A stretch of 64,000 bases of DNA from an uncultured Anaerolineales bacterium. Lineage in GTDB: Bacteria > Chloroflexota > Anaerolineae > Anaerolineales > UBA11858. The DNA lies in the NCBI GenBank assembly GCA_964458115.1, contig CAYWIC010000001.1, positions 11,984 through 75,983 of the forward strand. The letters are read 5' to 3'. The translations under genes and the position numbers were made by a program. Every line of letters begins with the position of its first letter. Position 1 is the first letter of the stretch. This document shows positions 18,901-27,595 of this stretch, one piece after another. The notes under the pieces were generated by a model. That model was not told the DNA's origin. It saw only the letters and a list, made by a program, of their open reading frames with translations, and did no database searches.

Positions 18901-19928
18901 CCACCGAACTGGTCGAGACAAACGATAAGCAGCTCGTTCGGGTTGCCGGCCTGATCTCTCGCATCCGGCCTCATACCACCAAAAAAGGCGCCCCCATGGG
19001 ATTCGTTACCCTTGAAGATGTACAAGGGATGATCGACCTGGTGGTTTTTCCCAGAACTTGGGAGAAGTACCGCGATCTGATCGATTTCGACGCCATTGTG
19101 ATGGTCGATGGCAAAGTGGACGCCCAAGGTGCCGAACCCAAAATACTGGTCGACCATTTCAGCACAGAGCTGAATCATGTCACCCCTTTGGAGCAGACTG
19201 ATCCTCCCTCTGCTGGACAATCCGGCCCAAGGTTTGGCGTGGTACCAGATCCTCAACCTGATATGCGCCCCCAGCCAGGATCCACGAAATCTACCTCCCA
19301 AAAAAATGCCGCAGAGCAGCCATCTTATGAGCCCGATGCATGGGATGACGACGGCCTGCCTCCTCCCCCTGATGCATTTCCAGATGATTGGGGAGAGACT
19401 ACCGGAGTTCCTTTGGTGATTGCCGATGCACCTGTGGTAGCTGACGATGTTGATGATAAAACTGAGGAACCGCAAGAGACGGTATCACTGGTCGAAGAGG
19501 CTTTATCCTTAGCTCAAGAATTCCAGGAAGTGCAGCAGTTACACCAGTTGCAGGAAGTCATCGAAGAAGAAACCGCGCTGGATTCTGCTTCTTCCGATCC
19601 CGATCTAAAAGATGTGATTGCTGAACCGCCTCTTCCGGCGATCCAACCCCTGCCCAAATTGGATGGTGATGACGTCCACATGGTCACGGTCATTATGAGA
19701 CCTTCATTGGGCCGCATCCGTGATAGTTTATTAATGCGCCGTATCTTTGGAAAGCTGATCAGCTACCCTGGTGTAGATCGCTTCGCTTTCCACATCTTCG
19801 AGGATGGGCGTGGCTACCTGCTGGATTTTCCCAATTATTCTACTCGTCTGAACCCCGACTTGATCTCTGAATTGCATGCCCTGGTGGGGGAAGAAAATAT
19901 ACGCATCGAAACGATCACTTTTCAATGA
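15915..19928 (+). CDS. dnaE: DNA polymerase III alpha subunit, with long C-terminal extension
   Basis: PHP start MSFVHLHTHTEYSLLDG, palm motif PDIDLDF, a fingers region, and an OB fold (VRVAGLISRIRPHTTKKG). About 250 extra C-terminal residues. Confidence 0.95.
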   Translation: MSFVHLHTHTEYSLLDGFSNIKKLVQRAAELEMPALAITDHGTMFGAIDFYKAATDAGIKPVIGLEAYMAARRMTDRIAQYDKKSSHLLLLAQNQTGYQNLLKIASAAQLQGFYYFPRIDHEFLAEHADGLICTSGCMAAEIPRLINRGDLKGARTKLDWYYDVFGAENFYLELQEHEIPELHNINKALLELGPRYNARYVATNDVHYINPSDAELQDILLAVQTGSLLTDPKRMRMSDSTYYLKSAEEMSRIFVEVPEALTNTLLIAERCEVDLGFKGYRLPDFPVPEGYDTQSYLRELCERGLEWRYGSNAQNEVYQERLNYELEIIHTMGFDAYFLIVWDLCQYAKKQGIWYNARGSAAGSIVAYALEITLVDPIEHELIFERFLNPGRVSMPDIDLDFRDDRRAEMMEYTAHKYGDDKVAQIITFGTMKARAAIRDVGRVKDIPINEVDRIAKLIPAIPGKPVTIEQALETVPEFKQAYKSTAYIQDLIDTAMGMEGVVRNAGTHAAGVVVTDKPIIEYLPLHRPTGSAQDSPVKTVTQFEMSVIDEQGLLKVDFLGLSTLTVMARACDLIKERHGVEFNLNNIPLDNPETYELLGRGETAGVFQVEGAGMRRNLVQMKPKNLDHVIAMVALFRPGPMDFIPSYIKRMHGQEEIEYLHPELEPILGETYGITVYQEQIMYTAMNMAGYTASEADFLRKGVAKKKADVLLQQRNRFVGGAVENGVSEEVANKIFDNWEAFARYGFPKGHAADYGVIAVQTAYLKAHYPVEYMTALLSVELNNSDKVATYVADCRRMGIEVLPPDINSSAWDFTIEDERLETEDGSEADPPLDQSNHEESPDSGQSIRFGLGAVKNVGHGPVDTLLEARKEGPFDDLDDFVRRADLRKVGKRALECLIKVGALDVFGTRPALFDALDRIVSISSSYFAAADSGQMTMFGPGTGLDESIELPAFNAEVTRREQLDWERELIGLYVSDHPLSTVMEAIDQNVTHYSTELVETNDKQLVRVAGLISRIRPHTTKKGAPMGFVTLEDVQGMIDLVVFPRTWEKYRDLIDFDAIVMVDGKVDAQGAEPKILVDHFSTELNHVTPLEQTDPPSAGQSGPRFGVVPDPQPDMRPQPGSTKSTSQKNAAEQPSYEPDAWDDDGLPPPPDAFPDDWGETTGVPLVIADAPVVADDVDDKTEEPQETVSLVEEALSLAQEFQEVQQLHQLQEVIEEETALDSASSDPDLKDVIAEPPLPAIQPLPKLDGDDVHMVTVIMRPSLGRIRDSLLMRRIFGKLISYPGVDRFAFHIFEDGRGYLLDFPNYSTRLNPDLISELHALVGEENIRIETITFQ

Positions 19929-19995
19929 TCCTTTTATGCTCAGGGTACTCGGGCTGCAAAAAATAAGAATACTCACCACCAAGACACGAAGACAC

Positions 19996-20850
19996 ATGAG
20001 AGGCAATTCTTGTCGTGATGTTTTCGTGGTGCTATATCTAGCATTCCCAATGCTCTTTTTGGCTTGCTCTTCCGTCCCTTCGATCGAAGAAATTCCCGTA
20101 GAACTAACCTCAACCGAAGCTGCGACACATGCATATCAGAATCATGATTGGTGGCAGCCCGCTCCTGGGACTCGTTGGCAATGGCAGTTGAGCGGCGAAA
20201 TCGATACATCCTTCGTTGTAGCGATGTACGATATTGACCTCTTCGATACCCCCCAGAGCGTGATCGATGAGTTGCACGCTGCCGGGCGAGTTGTGATCTG
20301 CTATTTCAGCGCCGGGAGTTGGGAAGATTGGCGTGAGGATGCGGGTGAATTTCCACCAGTGATCCTTGGCAGTGAACTCGAAGGTTGGCCAAATGAGAAA
20401 TGGTTGGATATCCGCAGGGAAGATCTGTTAGCTCCGATCATCACAGCGCGTTTGGATCTCGCCGTTGCCAAAGGGTGTGATGGTGTCGAGCCAGACAATG
20501 TCGATGGGTACGCCAACCAAAGCGGGTTTCCGCTCGAGTATCAGGATCAACTTGAATACAATACCTGGCTAGCTGAAGCCGCCCACACCCGCGGGTTGTC
20601 CATTGGTCTGAAAAACAATTTGGAACAAATCCCTGACTTATTAGATCATTTTGATTGGGCACTCAATGAGGAATGCTTCTTCTATGATGAGTGCGAATTC
20701 CTGAATCCATTCATACAAGCTGGAAAGGCGGTTTTTGGGGTAGAATATGAACACCGCAGCGATGAGTTTTGCCCTTCCGCCAACGCCATGGATTTTGATT
20801 TTTTGGTAAAGAATTGGGACCTGGATTCCTGGCGGGAAGCTTGCCGCTGA
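19996..20850 (+). CDS. GH114-like endo-alpha-1,4-polygalactosaminidase family lipoprotein
   Basis: WQWQLSG, VICYFSAGSWEDWR, WLDIR and KGCDGVEPDNVDGY motifs. The ATG at 19996 gives a signal peptide ending in LACSS. Confidence 0.7.
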   Translation: MRGNSCRDVFVVLYLAFPMLFLACSSVPSIEEIPVELTSTEAATHAYQNHDWWQPAPGTRWQWQLSGEIDTSFVVAMYDIDLFDTPQSVIDELHAAGRVVICYFSAGSWEDWREDAGEFPPVILGSELEGWPNEKWLDIRREDLLAPIITARLDLAVAKGCDGVEPDNVDGYANQSGFPLEYQDQLEYNTWLAEAAHTRGLSIGLKNNLEQIPDLLDHFDWALNEECFFYDECEFLNPFIQAGKAVFGVEYEHRSDEFCPSANAMDFDFLVKNWDLDSWREACR

Positions 20851-20889
20851 CCAAAACTCTTATCCGTATCCATTGCCAAAGGAAAAAAT

Positions 20890-21447
20890 ATGAAACGAAA
20901 ACAAACATTACTTCTATTAATGGTAACGCTATTGATTGCCAGCCTGGCATGTTCATTGGTTGGAACTGCCGAGGAGGCAGTTGACGCACCTGAAGCGCCT
21001 GCAGAGGAATCCGCTCCCGATACCGACCAAGAAGATGCTGACGCGGGAGAGAGTCATTCAGATTCAGAAGAAGAGGGCGAAGACAGCCATGCTGATGATA
21101 CTGACGCGACTGACGCTGAAGGAGAAGCGGAAGACACCACCGAAGCAGATACTGAAGCTCATGACTATGACACGGAGTTTCCGCTTCCTGCAGATGTGCA
21201 GAACTTCACCGGTGGCGGTGATCAGATCAATTTTGCTACCAGCCTGAATGTCGAGGATTCAATCCAGTTTTACCGCGATGCGCTAACTGCGTTGGGCTTG
21301 ACCGAGCGCACGCTTAATACCGCCATTACCGAAACCACCTTTAGCATGGTCTTCGATGGCCACGAAAATGGCAAAGCCATCGTTGTTCAAGGTGTTGATC
21401 TAGGCAACGGCACAACCAATATCAATATCCGATTCGAGGATGTATAA
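20890..21447 (+). CDS. acidic lipoprotein, hypothetical
   Basis: Lipobox LIASLAC, an Asp/Glu/Thr-rich linker of about 80 aa, and a small C-terminal globular domain. Confidence 0.5.
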   Translation: MKRKQTLLLLMVTLLIASLACSLVGTAEEAVDAPEAPAEESAPDTDQEDADAGESHSDSEEEGEDSHADDTDATDAEGEAEDTTEADTEAHDYDTEFPLPADVQNFTGGGDQINFATSLNVEDSIQFYRDALTALGLTERTLNTAITETTFSMVFDGHENGKAIVVQGVDLGNGTTNINIRFEDV

Positions 21448-21452
21448 TAACT

Positions 21453-21482
21453 ATTCCCCGGAAAATTAAAGTTTCCGGGGAA
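21453..21482 (+). terminator. hairpin after the lipoprotein gene
   Basis: TTCCCCGGAAA-loop-TTTCCGGGGAA followed by T-rich sequence. Confidence 0.45.
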
Positions 21483-21504
21483 TTAATTATTGAAGGAGAA
21501 TCAA

Positions 21505-21723
21505 ATGGTCAGTCAAGAGCTCATTGACATTTTACGCTGCCCTGCCTGCGTGCGGGATAAAGAAGGATTGCTGGAATTCTACAAGGAAACCTGGTTCATT
21601 TGCCAGGACTGTGGGCGCAAGTACCCTATTCGCGATGACATCCCAGTCATGTTGATCGATGAAGGTGATAAGTGGGTTGAGACCGCCAAAGACGATCTTC
21701 CCATTCCCCCACCAGAGAAATAA
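21505..21723 (+). CDS. Trm112-family small zinc-ribbon protein
   Basis: LRCPAC...CQDCGRKYPIRDDIPVMLIDE. The ATG at 21505 follows AAGGAGA. Confidence 0.75.
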   Translation: MVSQELIDILRCPACVRDKEGLLEFYKETWFICQDCGRKYPIRDDIPVMLIDEGDKWVETAKDDLPIPPPEK

Positions 21724-21809
21724 TTTTTGGGTAGTTGCTCAACACGGTTGGGAAACTCCAGATTGATTTCCCTTCATCGCCAACGCGGGTGGCTTCCTAC
21801 GCACGAGGT

Positions 21810-22388
21810 ATGCCTAATCTTCAACCCATAATTTCCAAACTGACCAGTGGGGATGATGCCATGGCTGAAGCTGCTGCGATAGAGATCGCAGCTTTCGGCA
21901 GAGAGGCGTTACCAGCATTGGAATCACTACTTGCCTCTGAAAATGCAGACCACCGCTGGTGGTTCACGCGAACTTTGGCGCTGATCGCGGACCCTCGGGC
22001 ATCCACTATGCTCCTAGAGTCTTTTCAAGACACAGATGTTGCAGTTCGTCAATGTGCTGCCCTGGCATTGAAAGAGCAACCCACTCCAGAAGCGATCCCA
22101 GCGCTGATCATCGCCCTTGATGACACAGATCGTCTGCTTTCACGTCTAGCAGGTGATGCACTCATTGCCCAAGGAGAAGTAGCAGTTCCGGCATTAATTG
22201 AAATCTTGGAAAAGGGGGAACAACGTCAACAGGGAGACGCTGCTAGAGCCTTAGCTCTGATTGGGGATACGCGCGCCATCCCCGTGATGTTCGAAGTTTG
22301 GGAACGTGGTTCCATATTGGTCCAGCATTGGATCGAGCAGGGTTTCGAACGAATGGGGGTGGGGATGACATTTTTTAATCCAGAATGA
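21810..22388 (+). CDS. HEAT-repeat (PBS-lyase-like) protein
   Basis: Repeated A-x-ALG..GD..A.P.L motifs, for example AARALALIGDTRAIPVM. The start is uncertain; the ORF is open from 21735. Confidence 0.55.
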   Translation: MPNLQPIISKLTSGDDAMAEAAAIEIAAFGREALPALESLLASENADHRWWFTRTLALIADPRASTMLLESFQDTDVAVRQCAALALKEQPTPEAIPALIIALDDTDRLLSRLAGDALIAQGEVAVPALIEILEKGEQRQQGDAARALALIGDTRAIPVMFEVWERGSILVQHWIEQGFERMGVGMTFFNPE

Positions 22389-22443
22389 ATGGACATGACT
22401 CATCCCTAATTCTATGAGAACTGAGAAGGCTGATTTGTTTCGA

Positions 22444-22483
22444 AAAACCGGTTCCCAGCAACGTTGCTGGGAACCGGTTTTTC
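22444..22483. terminator. bidirectional intrinsic terminator (GGTTCCAGC stem family)
   Basis: AAAAACCGGTTCCCAGCAACGTTGCTGGGAACCGGTTTTT between convergent genes. Confidence 0.6.
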
Positions 22484-22568
22484 AAATAGCAGCGAGAGTG
22501 TGGCATCCTTGCACGCTCTCGCTGCACCTAGCACAAGAGTGCCGGGCAAAGATGTGTTTCTTAATTTG

Positions 22569-23066
22569 TTACCCGATAAAGGCCCAAGCAGCCCAAACGC
22601 CGATCATGATCAACCCCAGGGCGAAGCGCGCCAAAAAAGACATACCTAAACCCAACAGCAATCCGCGGACCACCTCTGTGGCTGCTTTACTGTCGCCCAG
22701 ACGACGGAATTCCATCAGGTAAAGAATCAGGGGGGCAGCGATGATGCCACCAATGGGGGGAAACACAAATGTGAAGATCACACCCGCAACCAGGGCGGCG
22801 ATGATTGAACTCCAGGAGGCGCCCTTCTCACGGGCTTTGGCCCCCATCAGCACGTTGTCCGCGCCGACGGCAACCAGCATCAGCAGCGTGATCAGAGCGA
22901 ACAACACGCCACCAAGGTTGCCAAACCCAAACACAATACCGTATAGCAGAGCCGCGCTCCAAATGACGACATTGCCTGGAAAAATGGGAACGATCAGGCC
23001 TAATTGACCCACTGTCATGGTGAGGATGATAAGCACTAAAGATGTTGTTTCTAGCCAGGCGGGCAT
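22569..23066 (-). CDS. DUF456-like small membrane protein
   Basis: Four TM helices with the GLIVPIFPGNVVIW pattern. An AAGGAGA ribosome-binding site precedes the start. Confidence 0.55.
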   Translation of the reverse strand: MPAWLETTSLVLIILTMTVGQLGLIVPIFPGNVVIWSAALLYGIVFGFGNLGGVLFALITLLMLVAVGADNVLMGAKAREKGASWSSIIAALVAGVIFTFVFPPIGGIIAAPLILYLMEFRRLGDSKAATEVVRGLLLGLGMSFLARFALGLIMIGVWAAWAFIG

Positions 23067-23086
23067 TATTTCTCCTTGGGCATTTA

Positions 23087-23120
23087 AGACCCTAAAGGAT
23101 TATGGAATCCTTTAGGGTCT
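23087..23120 (-). terminator. hairpin after serS (CCCTAAAGG palindrome family)
   Basis: AGACCCTAAAGGA-loop-TCCTTTAGGGTCT, about 45 nt downstream of the serS stop. Confidence 0.5.
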
Positions 23121-23166
23121 GATGATAGATATTTATATTGTATACGAAAACATCGATCCAGAGTTG

Positions 23167-24444
23167 CTATTTTACCGGCTCAATCACCTCGATGCCGCCC
23201 ATCCAGTGGCGAAGGACCTCGGGGATGACCACGGAGCCGTCAGCCTGTTGGTAGTTCTCGATAATGGCAATCATCACGCGTGGCAGCCCCAATCCAGACC
23301 CGTTGAGGGTGTGCAAGAAGCGAGGCTTTCCACCCTCCTCAGGGCGGTAACGAATGTTAGCCCGGCGCGCCTGGAAGTCGGTCACGTTCGAGACGGAGGA
23401 AGCTTCCAGCCACTCTCCACAGCCTGCGGCCCAAACCTCGAGGTCGTATGTGATGCTGGCCCCAAAGCCCAGGTCACCGGTGCAGAGCTGGTGTGTGCGA
23501 TAAGGCAGCCCAAGCAGTTCGGCAGTTTCTTCGGCATCGGTGAACATCTTCTCGAACGCCGCAGGCGAATCTTCGGGCTTTGTGAACATGTACATCTCGA
23601 CCTTGTCGAATTGGTGGCCGCGTTTGATGCCGCGCACATCGCGTCCGGCGCTCATTTTTTCTCGTCGGAAGCAGGGCGTGTAAGCGGTGTAGTAAAGCGG
23701 CAGATCTTCTTCAGGGATGATCTCATCCATGTGGTAGCCGGTCAGCGGTACTTCGGCTGTGGGCACAAAGTACAGGTCTTCCTCGTGGTCTTTGTACAGG
23801 TTGTCGGCGAACTTTGGAAGTTGCCCGGCGCCAAAGACCGTATCTGTACGCACCATGAAGGGAGTATATTTCTCGGTGTAGCCCTGTTTGATATGTAGGT
23901 CGAGCATGAAGGCGATCAACGCTCGCTGCAGGCGGGCGCCGGCGCCACTGAGTACGTAGAAGCGCGAGCCTGTGATCTTGACGCCGCGTTCGAAATCCAG
24001 GATGCCCAGGGCTGGCCCAAGATCCCAGTGAGCCTTGGGTTCGAAGTCAAATTCGGGGATCTCGCCAGAGGATTTGAGAACTACATTTTCGCTTTCATCC
24101 AGCCCCAAGGGAGTCCGTTCGTCCGGTATATTGGGTAAGGTGGACATGACGGCATCCAGCGATGCCTGCACCTCCCGCAATTTTTCGTCGATGTGGCTGA
24201 TCTTATCTCCTACAGCGCGCATTGCCTCAATCTTGGACTGCCGCTCGTCGGCATCCTTCATCTTTCCGATCTCTTTTGAGACTTTGTTGCGCTCTGCTTT
24301 GAGAGCTTCCACTTCTTGAATCAGATCACGGCGCTGCGCGTCCAATTCAAGCACCTGTTCGACGGGCGCAGGGTCTTCCTGGCGCTTCTTCAGCGCCTCC
24401 CGTACGATGTCAGGATTTTCGCGGATTATGTTGATGTCTAACAT
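23167..24444 (-). CDS. serS: serine--tRNA ligase
   Basis: [12 protein letters not shown] start, N-terminal coiled coil, and class II motifs (FRRE..., GSGLGLPRV). The ATG at 24444 follows GGAGGTG. Confidence 0.95.
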   Translation of the reverse strand: MLDINIIRENPDIVREALKKRQEDPAPVEQVLELDAQRRDLIQEVEALKAERNKVSKEIGKMKDADERQSKIEAMRAVGDKISHIDEKLREVQASLDAVMSTLPNIPDERTPLGLDESENVVLKSSGEIPEFDFEPKAHWDLGPALGILDFERGVKITGSRFYVLSGAGARLQRALIAFMLDLHIKQGYTEKYTPFMVRTDTVFGAGQLPKFADNLYKDHEEDLYFVPTAEVPLTGYHMDEIIPEEDLPLYYTAYTPCFRREKMSAGRDVRGIKRGHQFDKVEMYMFTKPEDSPAAFEKMFTDAEETAELLGLPYRTHQLCTGDLGFGASITYDLEVWAAGCGEWLEASSVSNVTDFQARRANIRYRPEEGGKPRFLHTLNGSGLGLPRVMIAIIENYQQADGSVVIPEVLRHWMGGIEVIEPVK

Positions 24445-24619
24445 TTTGCACCTCCGACACATTGTGGTTGGGATTGGATTTAGGCCGAGGCCTATTCCAC
24501 AATGTGCTTGTCAAATTCGCAGTCTGCCGAATTTTTAGATCAACTTGAATTTGCGAATTTGCTTAGCCATAGAGTATATTGATTTACACACTCTATATGC
24601 TACGCTTTTGAAGCGAAGC

Positions 24620-24900
24620 TCCAAAAACAAAGCCCCCCTCTCCGTGCAGGACGAGGGGGGCGCTCGTGGTGCCACCTGCTTTCTCCGCTCTTTCCCCTCT
24701 TCCTCAGGGAGAGGCAAGGGGTGAGAGCGAACTCAAACTCGCGCTAACGGGCGAACCCGGCTTCCTTCAGCCAAAAGTACTCCGTAATCTATTGACTCTT
24801 CAGAAGCGATTCCCCAAGATGGGGGACGGAGGGGATTTCATCGTTTGGCCTGCCGCCTCACACCGACCGGCGGCTCTCTGAAAGGTTGGGCGATTACTTG
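24620..24900 (-). promoter_or_regulatory. T-box leader RNA (tRNA-Ser specific) with intrinsic terminator
   Basis: All motifs are read on the minus strand. They are AGAGA, distal-loop GGUGUGA, GAAAUCCCCUCC (UCC specifier candidates), F-box CCGUUA, and T-box AAAGCAGGUGGCACCACGAG with a UGGC bulge. A terminator follows: CCCCCCUC..GAGGGGGG plus CUUUGUUUUU. Confidence 0.8.
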
Positions 24901-24936
24901 TCTCCGTGCTGATCTTTCCGAGATCGGAATGTTGCG

Positions 24937-24964
24937 ATTATACCGAATGATGGCAGTGAGTCAA
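24937..24964 (-). promoter_or_regulatory. sigma70-like promoter driving the serS T-box leader
   Basis: The minus strand reads TTGACT, 16 bp, then TATAAT. It overlaps the stop codon of the upstream MFS gene. Confidence 0.55.
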
Positions 24965-26154
24965 GATTCGGCGAGGTCTTTCTTCCCAAAGATCGCTGGC
25001 AGAAGAGGTAACGCCAGGATATTTAGCAATGCGAGTATTGCAAACGTCCAGCGGAAACCGACTGCGTCGGCGGAGATACCACTGATGGCCATTCCCGCAC
25101 CTTGAGCCACATTGGTGACTGCCATCAGGATCGAGAACATCGAAGCGGCGATGCGCTTCTCGGTATATTTCATTGCTAGAGCAAAGAATACGGTCTGCTG
25201 GGTGCCGTAAGCCAAACCATACAGGGTCACCAATGGCCAGGCCATGGTTGGGCTGTTGATGAAGGCCAATAGCAAGATCCCAACCAAACCGACACCCATC
25301 GCCAGCAGAGTAGCGTTCTTCATCCCAATGCGTCCATAGAGACGGCCACCAAATGCACCACCTAGCACTACACCGACGCCCCAAACGGTTGTGAAGTATC
25401 CAGCCATGCTCAAAGAGATGTCGAAATCGGTTTGCAGGAATGCATTCACCAAAGGGTTAGCTCCCTGGATGATGAAGAAGAACAAGAAACCCAACAGTGC
25501 CAGGAAGATGACGGTCTTCTGTTTGAAAGCCCCAAAGGCGCTCCAATCGAAATCTTCTCCTGCTGTGCGTTTTTCTTCTTTGACACCTAGCACGAGGGGG
25601 ATCGGCACCAAAGTAATCGCTGCCAGAGTCCAAAAAACGGCTGCCCAAGAGACGTGCTCGGCCAATAGCCCCACCACAGAGGCCGTCACCACCACAGCTA
25701 GAGCGCGCCCGCCGACCATGAATCCCTGAATGGTACCTTGTTCTTCGGGAGGCGTAGTGTCTAAGGCCAATCCATCGGTACAGGTGTCATAGAGCGCCAT
25801 ACCCATTTGGAGAATGAATGCCAGAGCAACAAAGCCCCAGTAATTTTCTGCTGGATCGACGAAAGAAACCAGGATCAGGCAAATAACCTGAATTAGCAAA
25901 CCTACAAGGATATATGGCTTGCGGTGGCCCATGCCAAAGAGGTTGACGCGATCGCTGAGTATGCCTAGGAAGATCTTGAGCACGAATGGGAGCAGGGCGA
26001 TGGAGGCGAAGATGCCCACATCGGTCATCGATAGGCCCCGCGATAGGAAATAGAGGGCGTTGAGGGCGGTAAAGTAACTTAGGATCGTGCCCTGGGTGAA
26101 GTACAACGAGCCAAACATGCCGTAACGTAGTGTTTTGTTGGTGTACATGTGCAT
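24961..26154 (-). CDS. MFS transporter
   Basis: Twelve predicted TM helices. A DRVNLFGMGHRKPY loop resembles the MFS motif A. Confidence 0.8.
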   Translation of the reverse strand: MHMYTNKTLRYGMFGSLYFTQGTILSYFTALNALYFLSRGLSMTDVGIFASIALLPFVLKIFLGILSDRVNLFGMGHRKPYILVGLLIQVICLILVSFVDPAENYWGFVALAFILQMGMALYDTCTDGLALDTTPPEEQGTIQGFMVGGRALAVVVTASVVGLLAEHVSWAAVFWTLAAITLVPIPLVLGVKEEKRTAGEDFDWSAFGAFKQKTVIFLALLGFLFFFIIQGANPLVNAFLQTDFDISLSMAGYFTTVWGVGVVLGGAFGGRLYGRIGMKNATLLAMGVGLVGILLLAFINSPTMAWPLVTLYGLAYGTQQTVFFALAMKYTEKRIAASMFSILMAVTNVAQGAGMAISGISADAVGFRWTFAILALLNILALPLLPAIFGKKDLAES

Positions 26155-26283
26155 TCTCCGTTTACTTATGAGGAAAGCAGGAACCTAGGAAAACAGATTT
26201 GTTCAAGCTCTTCTTGCCTATTACAGAAATTCTAGATATTCCTGCTCTCCATGTTTCCTCATGAATATGCTGAATTCTGATCT

Positions 26284-27549
26284 TCAAATCTTATTCAATC
26301 TCGGTGGAGTAGCCCAAAGCCCAGCGATGGACAGACCAAACAGGATTATGGCGATGACGAACAAGGAGATGAAAAAATCTCCACTCTGATCGTAAGATAC
26401 ACCCATCAGGAAGGGGCCGATGCTACTGCCAGCTACGGCTGCGGTCCAGACGCTGCCGCGGACCTTGCCCAAGTGTTCACGCCCGAAGTAGCGCACCCAG
26501 ACGGTATTGCCCAGCCCACCGAATAGTCCCTGTGACATGCCCAGGATGATGGTATACACCAGAACAACAGAGCCAACCGGAACGTAGATCAGAGCGCAGA
26601 CCGCAAAGCCGTATAACCCAAGAGCGCCAAAGGCCATCCAACGTAGTTGCACCCGGTCGGCAATCACGCCGCCAATGATCTGGAAGATGGCTGAAGCTAC
26701 CATCAGGATGGTGTAGCTGGCAGCGGCTTGCTGTTCGGTGAGGCCTTTGGCAGTGAAGATGGGCAACAAGTTAAAGGTGATAGCCGTGGCGATGGCTGCC
26801 CAGGCGAACCAGGACAGGGTCAAGATCCAATAGGCTCTCGTTCGCATGGCCTCTTTGAGGGATAATTCGTTCTCAGGTAGTGTTCTGGCAGCCAATTCTG
26901 TGGAGCTTGCCAGACTGCCACCATCGATGCTTTGGCCGATCTCCTCGGGTCGGTTGATGTAGAAGAAATAGACCAAGGGTATCAAGGCTGTGAATACTGT
27001 TGCTCCGGCCAGCAGATAGGTCGTTCGCCAGCCGACCTGATCGATCAATGCCAGTATCCCGACGGGCACAAGGCCAATCATCAGGCTGAGGACTACGTTC
27101 TTGATCCCTGAGACTGTGCCCAGCTTATCGCGAAACCACATGGGCAGCATATTCACCGAGAGTAGCTCTAAGGCCCCCTGTGCGAACATGCGTAAAAAGA
27201 GAAATGCGAAAAAGAGCATCAGCAAGCTGTTGACCTGAGAGATAAAGATACAGGCCAGGCTGACCACGCTGACGATCAGGAGGAGCATCTTGCGGATGCC
27301 GACACGGTCAGCCCACTGGCCGATGTAGGATTGAGGCAGCGAGGCCAGCACCGTTCCCAGCATATAGGCACCGGTGAGTTGGCTTAAGCTGAGATCAAGT
27401 GCTTCTCTTAGCGACGGATTGAAGACAGAGACCATGTAGGTCTGGCCGGGGCTGGTGAAGAATGCCGTCAGGGTGGAGATGGGCAGGATGATCCAGCCGT
27501 AATAAAAGTTGGTTCGCTTGGCGAGCCAGTGATTGTTTGTTGATATCAT
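26284..27549 (-). CDS. MFS transporter
   Basis: Twelve predicted TM helices and a GQWADRVGIRKM motif-A-like loop. Confidence 0.8.
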   Translation of the reverse strand: MISTNNHWLAKRTNFYYGWIILPISTLTAFFTSPGQTYMVSVFNPSLREALDLSLSQLTGAYMLGTVLASLPQSYIGQWADRVGIRKMLLLIVSVVSLACIFISQVNSLLMLFFAFLFLRMFAQGALELLSVNMLPMWFRDKLGTVSGIKNVVLSLMIGLVPVGILALIDQVGWRTTYLLAGATVFTALIPLVYFFYINRPEEIGQSIDGGSLASSTELAARTLPENELSLKEAMRTRAYWILTLSWFAWAAIATAITFNLLPIFTAKGLTEQQAAASYTILMVASAIFQIIGGVIADRVQLRWMAFGALGLYGFAVCALIYVPVGSVVLVYTIILGMSQGLFGGLGNTVWVRYFGREHLGKVRGSVWTAAVAGSSIGPFLMGVSYDQSGDFFISLFVIAIILFGLSIAGLWATPPRLNKI

Positions 27550-27562
27550 GTGGATATATTTT

Positions 27563-27595
27563 AGACCCTAAAGGATTGTCAAACCTTTAGGGTCT
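27563..27595. repeat. CCCTAAAGG palindromic element overlapping the 3' end of the methyltransferase gene
   Basis: AGACCCTAAAGG-loop-CCTTTAGGGTCT. On the minus strand it encodes the last residues, PDPKGLTIL, plus the stop. Confidence 0.55.

Noticed and set aside
18825-19475. 216-aa ORF on the minus strand
   Set aside because: It lies entirely within dnaE on the opposite strand.
23122-23898. 258-aa ORF on the plus strand
   Set aside because: It is antisense to serS, whose frame carries unmistakable class II synthetase motifs. The plus-strand product has no recognisable features.
24535-24881. Small ORFs 24535-24717 (-) and 24666-24881 (+)
   Set aside because: They lie inside the serS T-box leader. 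They have no ribosome-binding site, and their sequence is explained by RNA structure.
24601-24940. Possible RNase P RNA or tmRNA on the plus strand, suggested by GAACCCGGCUU-like and GGGGGACGGAGGGGAUUUCA strings
   Set aside because: The element is too short and lacks the GGAAAGUCCGG core and a tRNA-like 3' end. Reading the minus strand gives a complete, ordered T-box leader ending in a terminator just upstream of serS.
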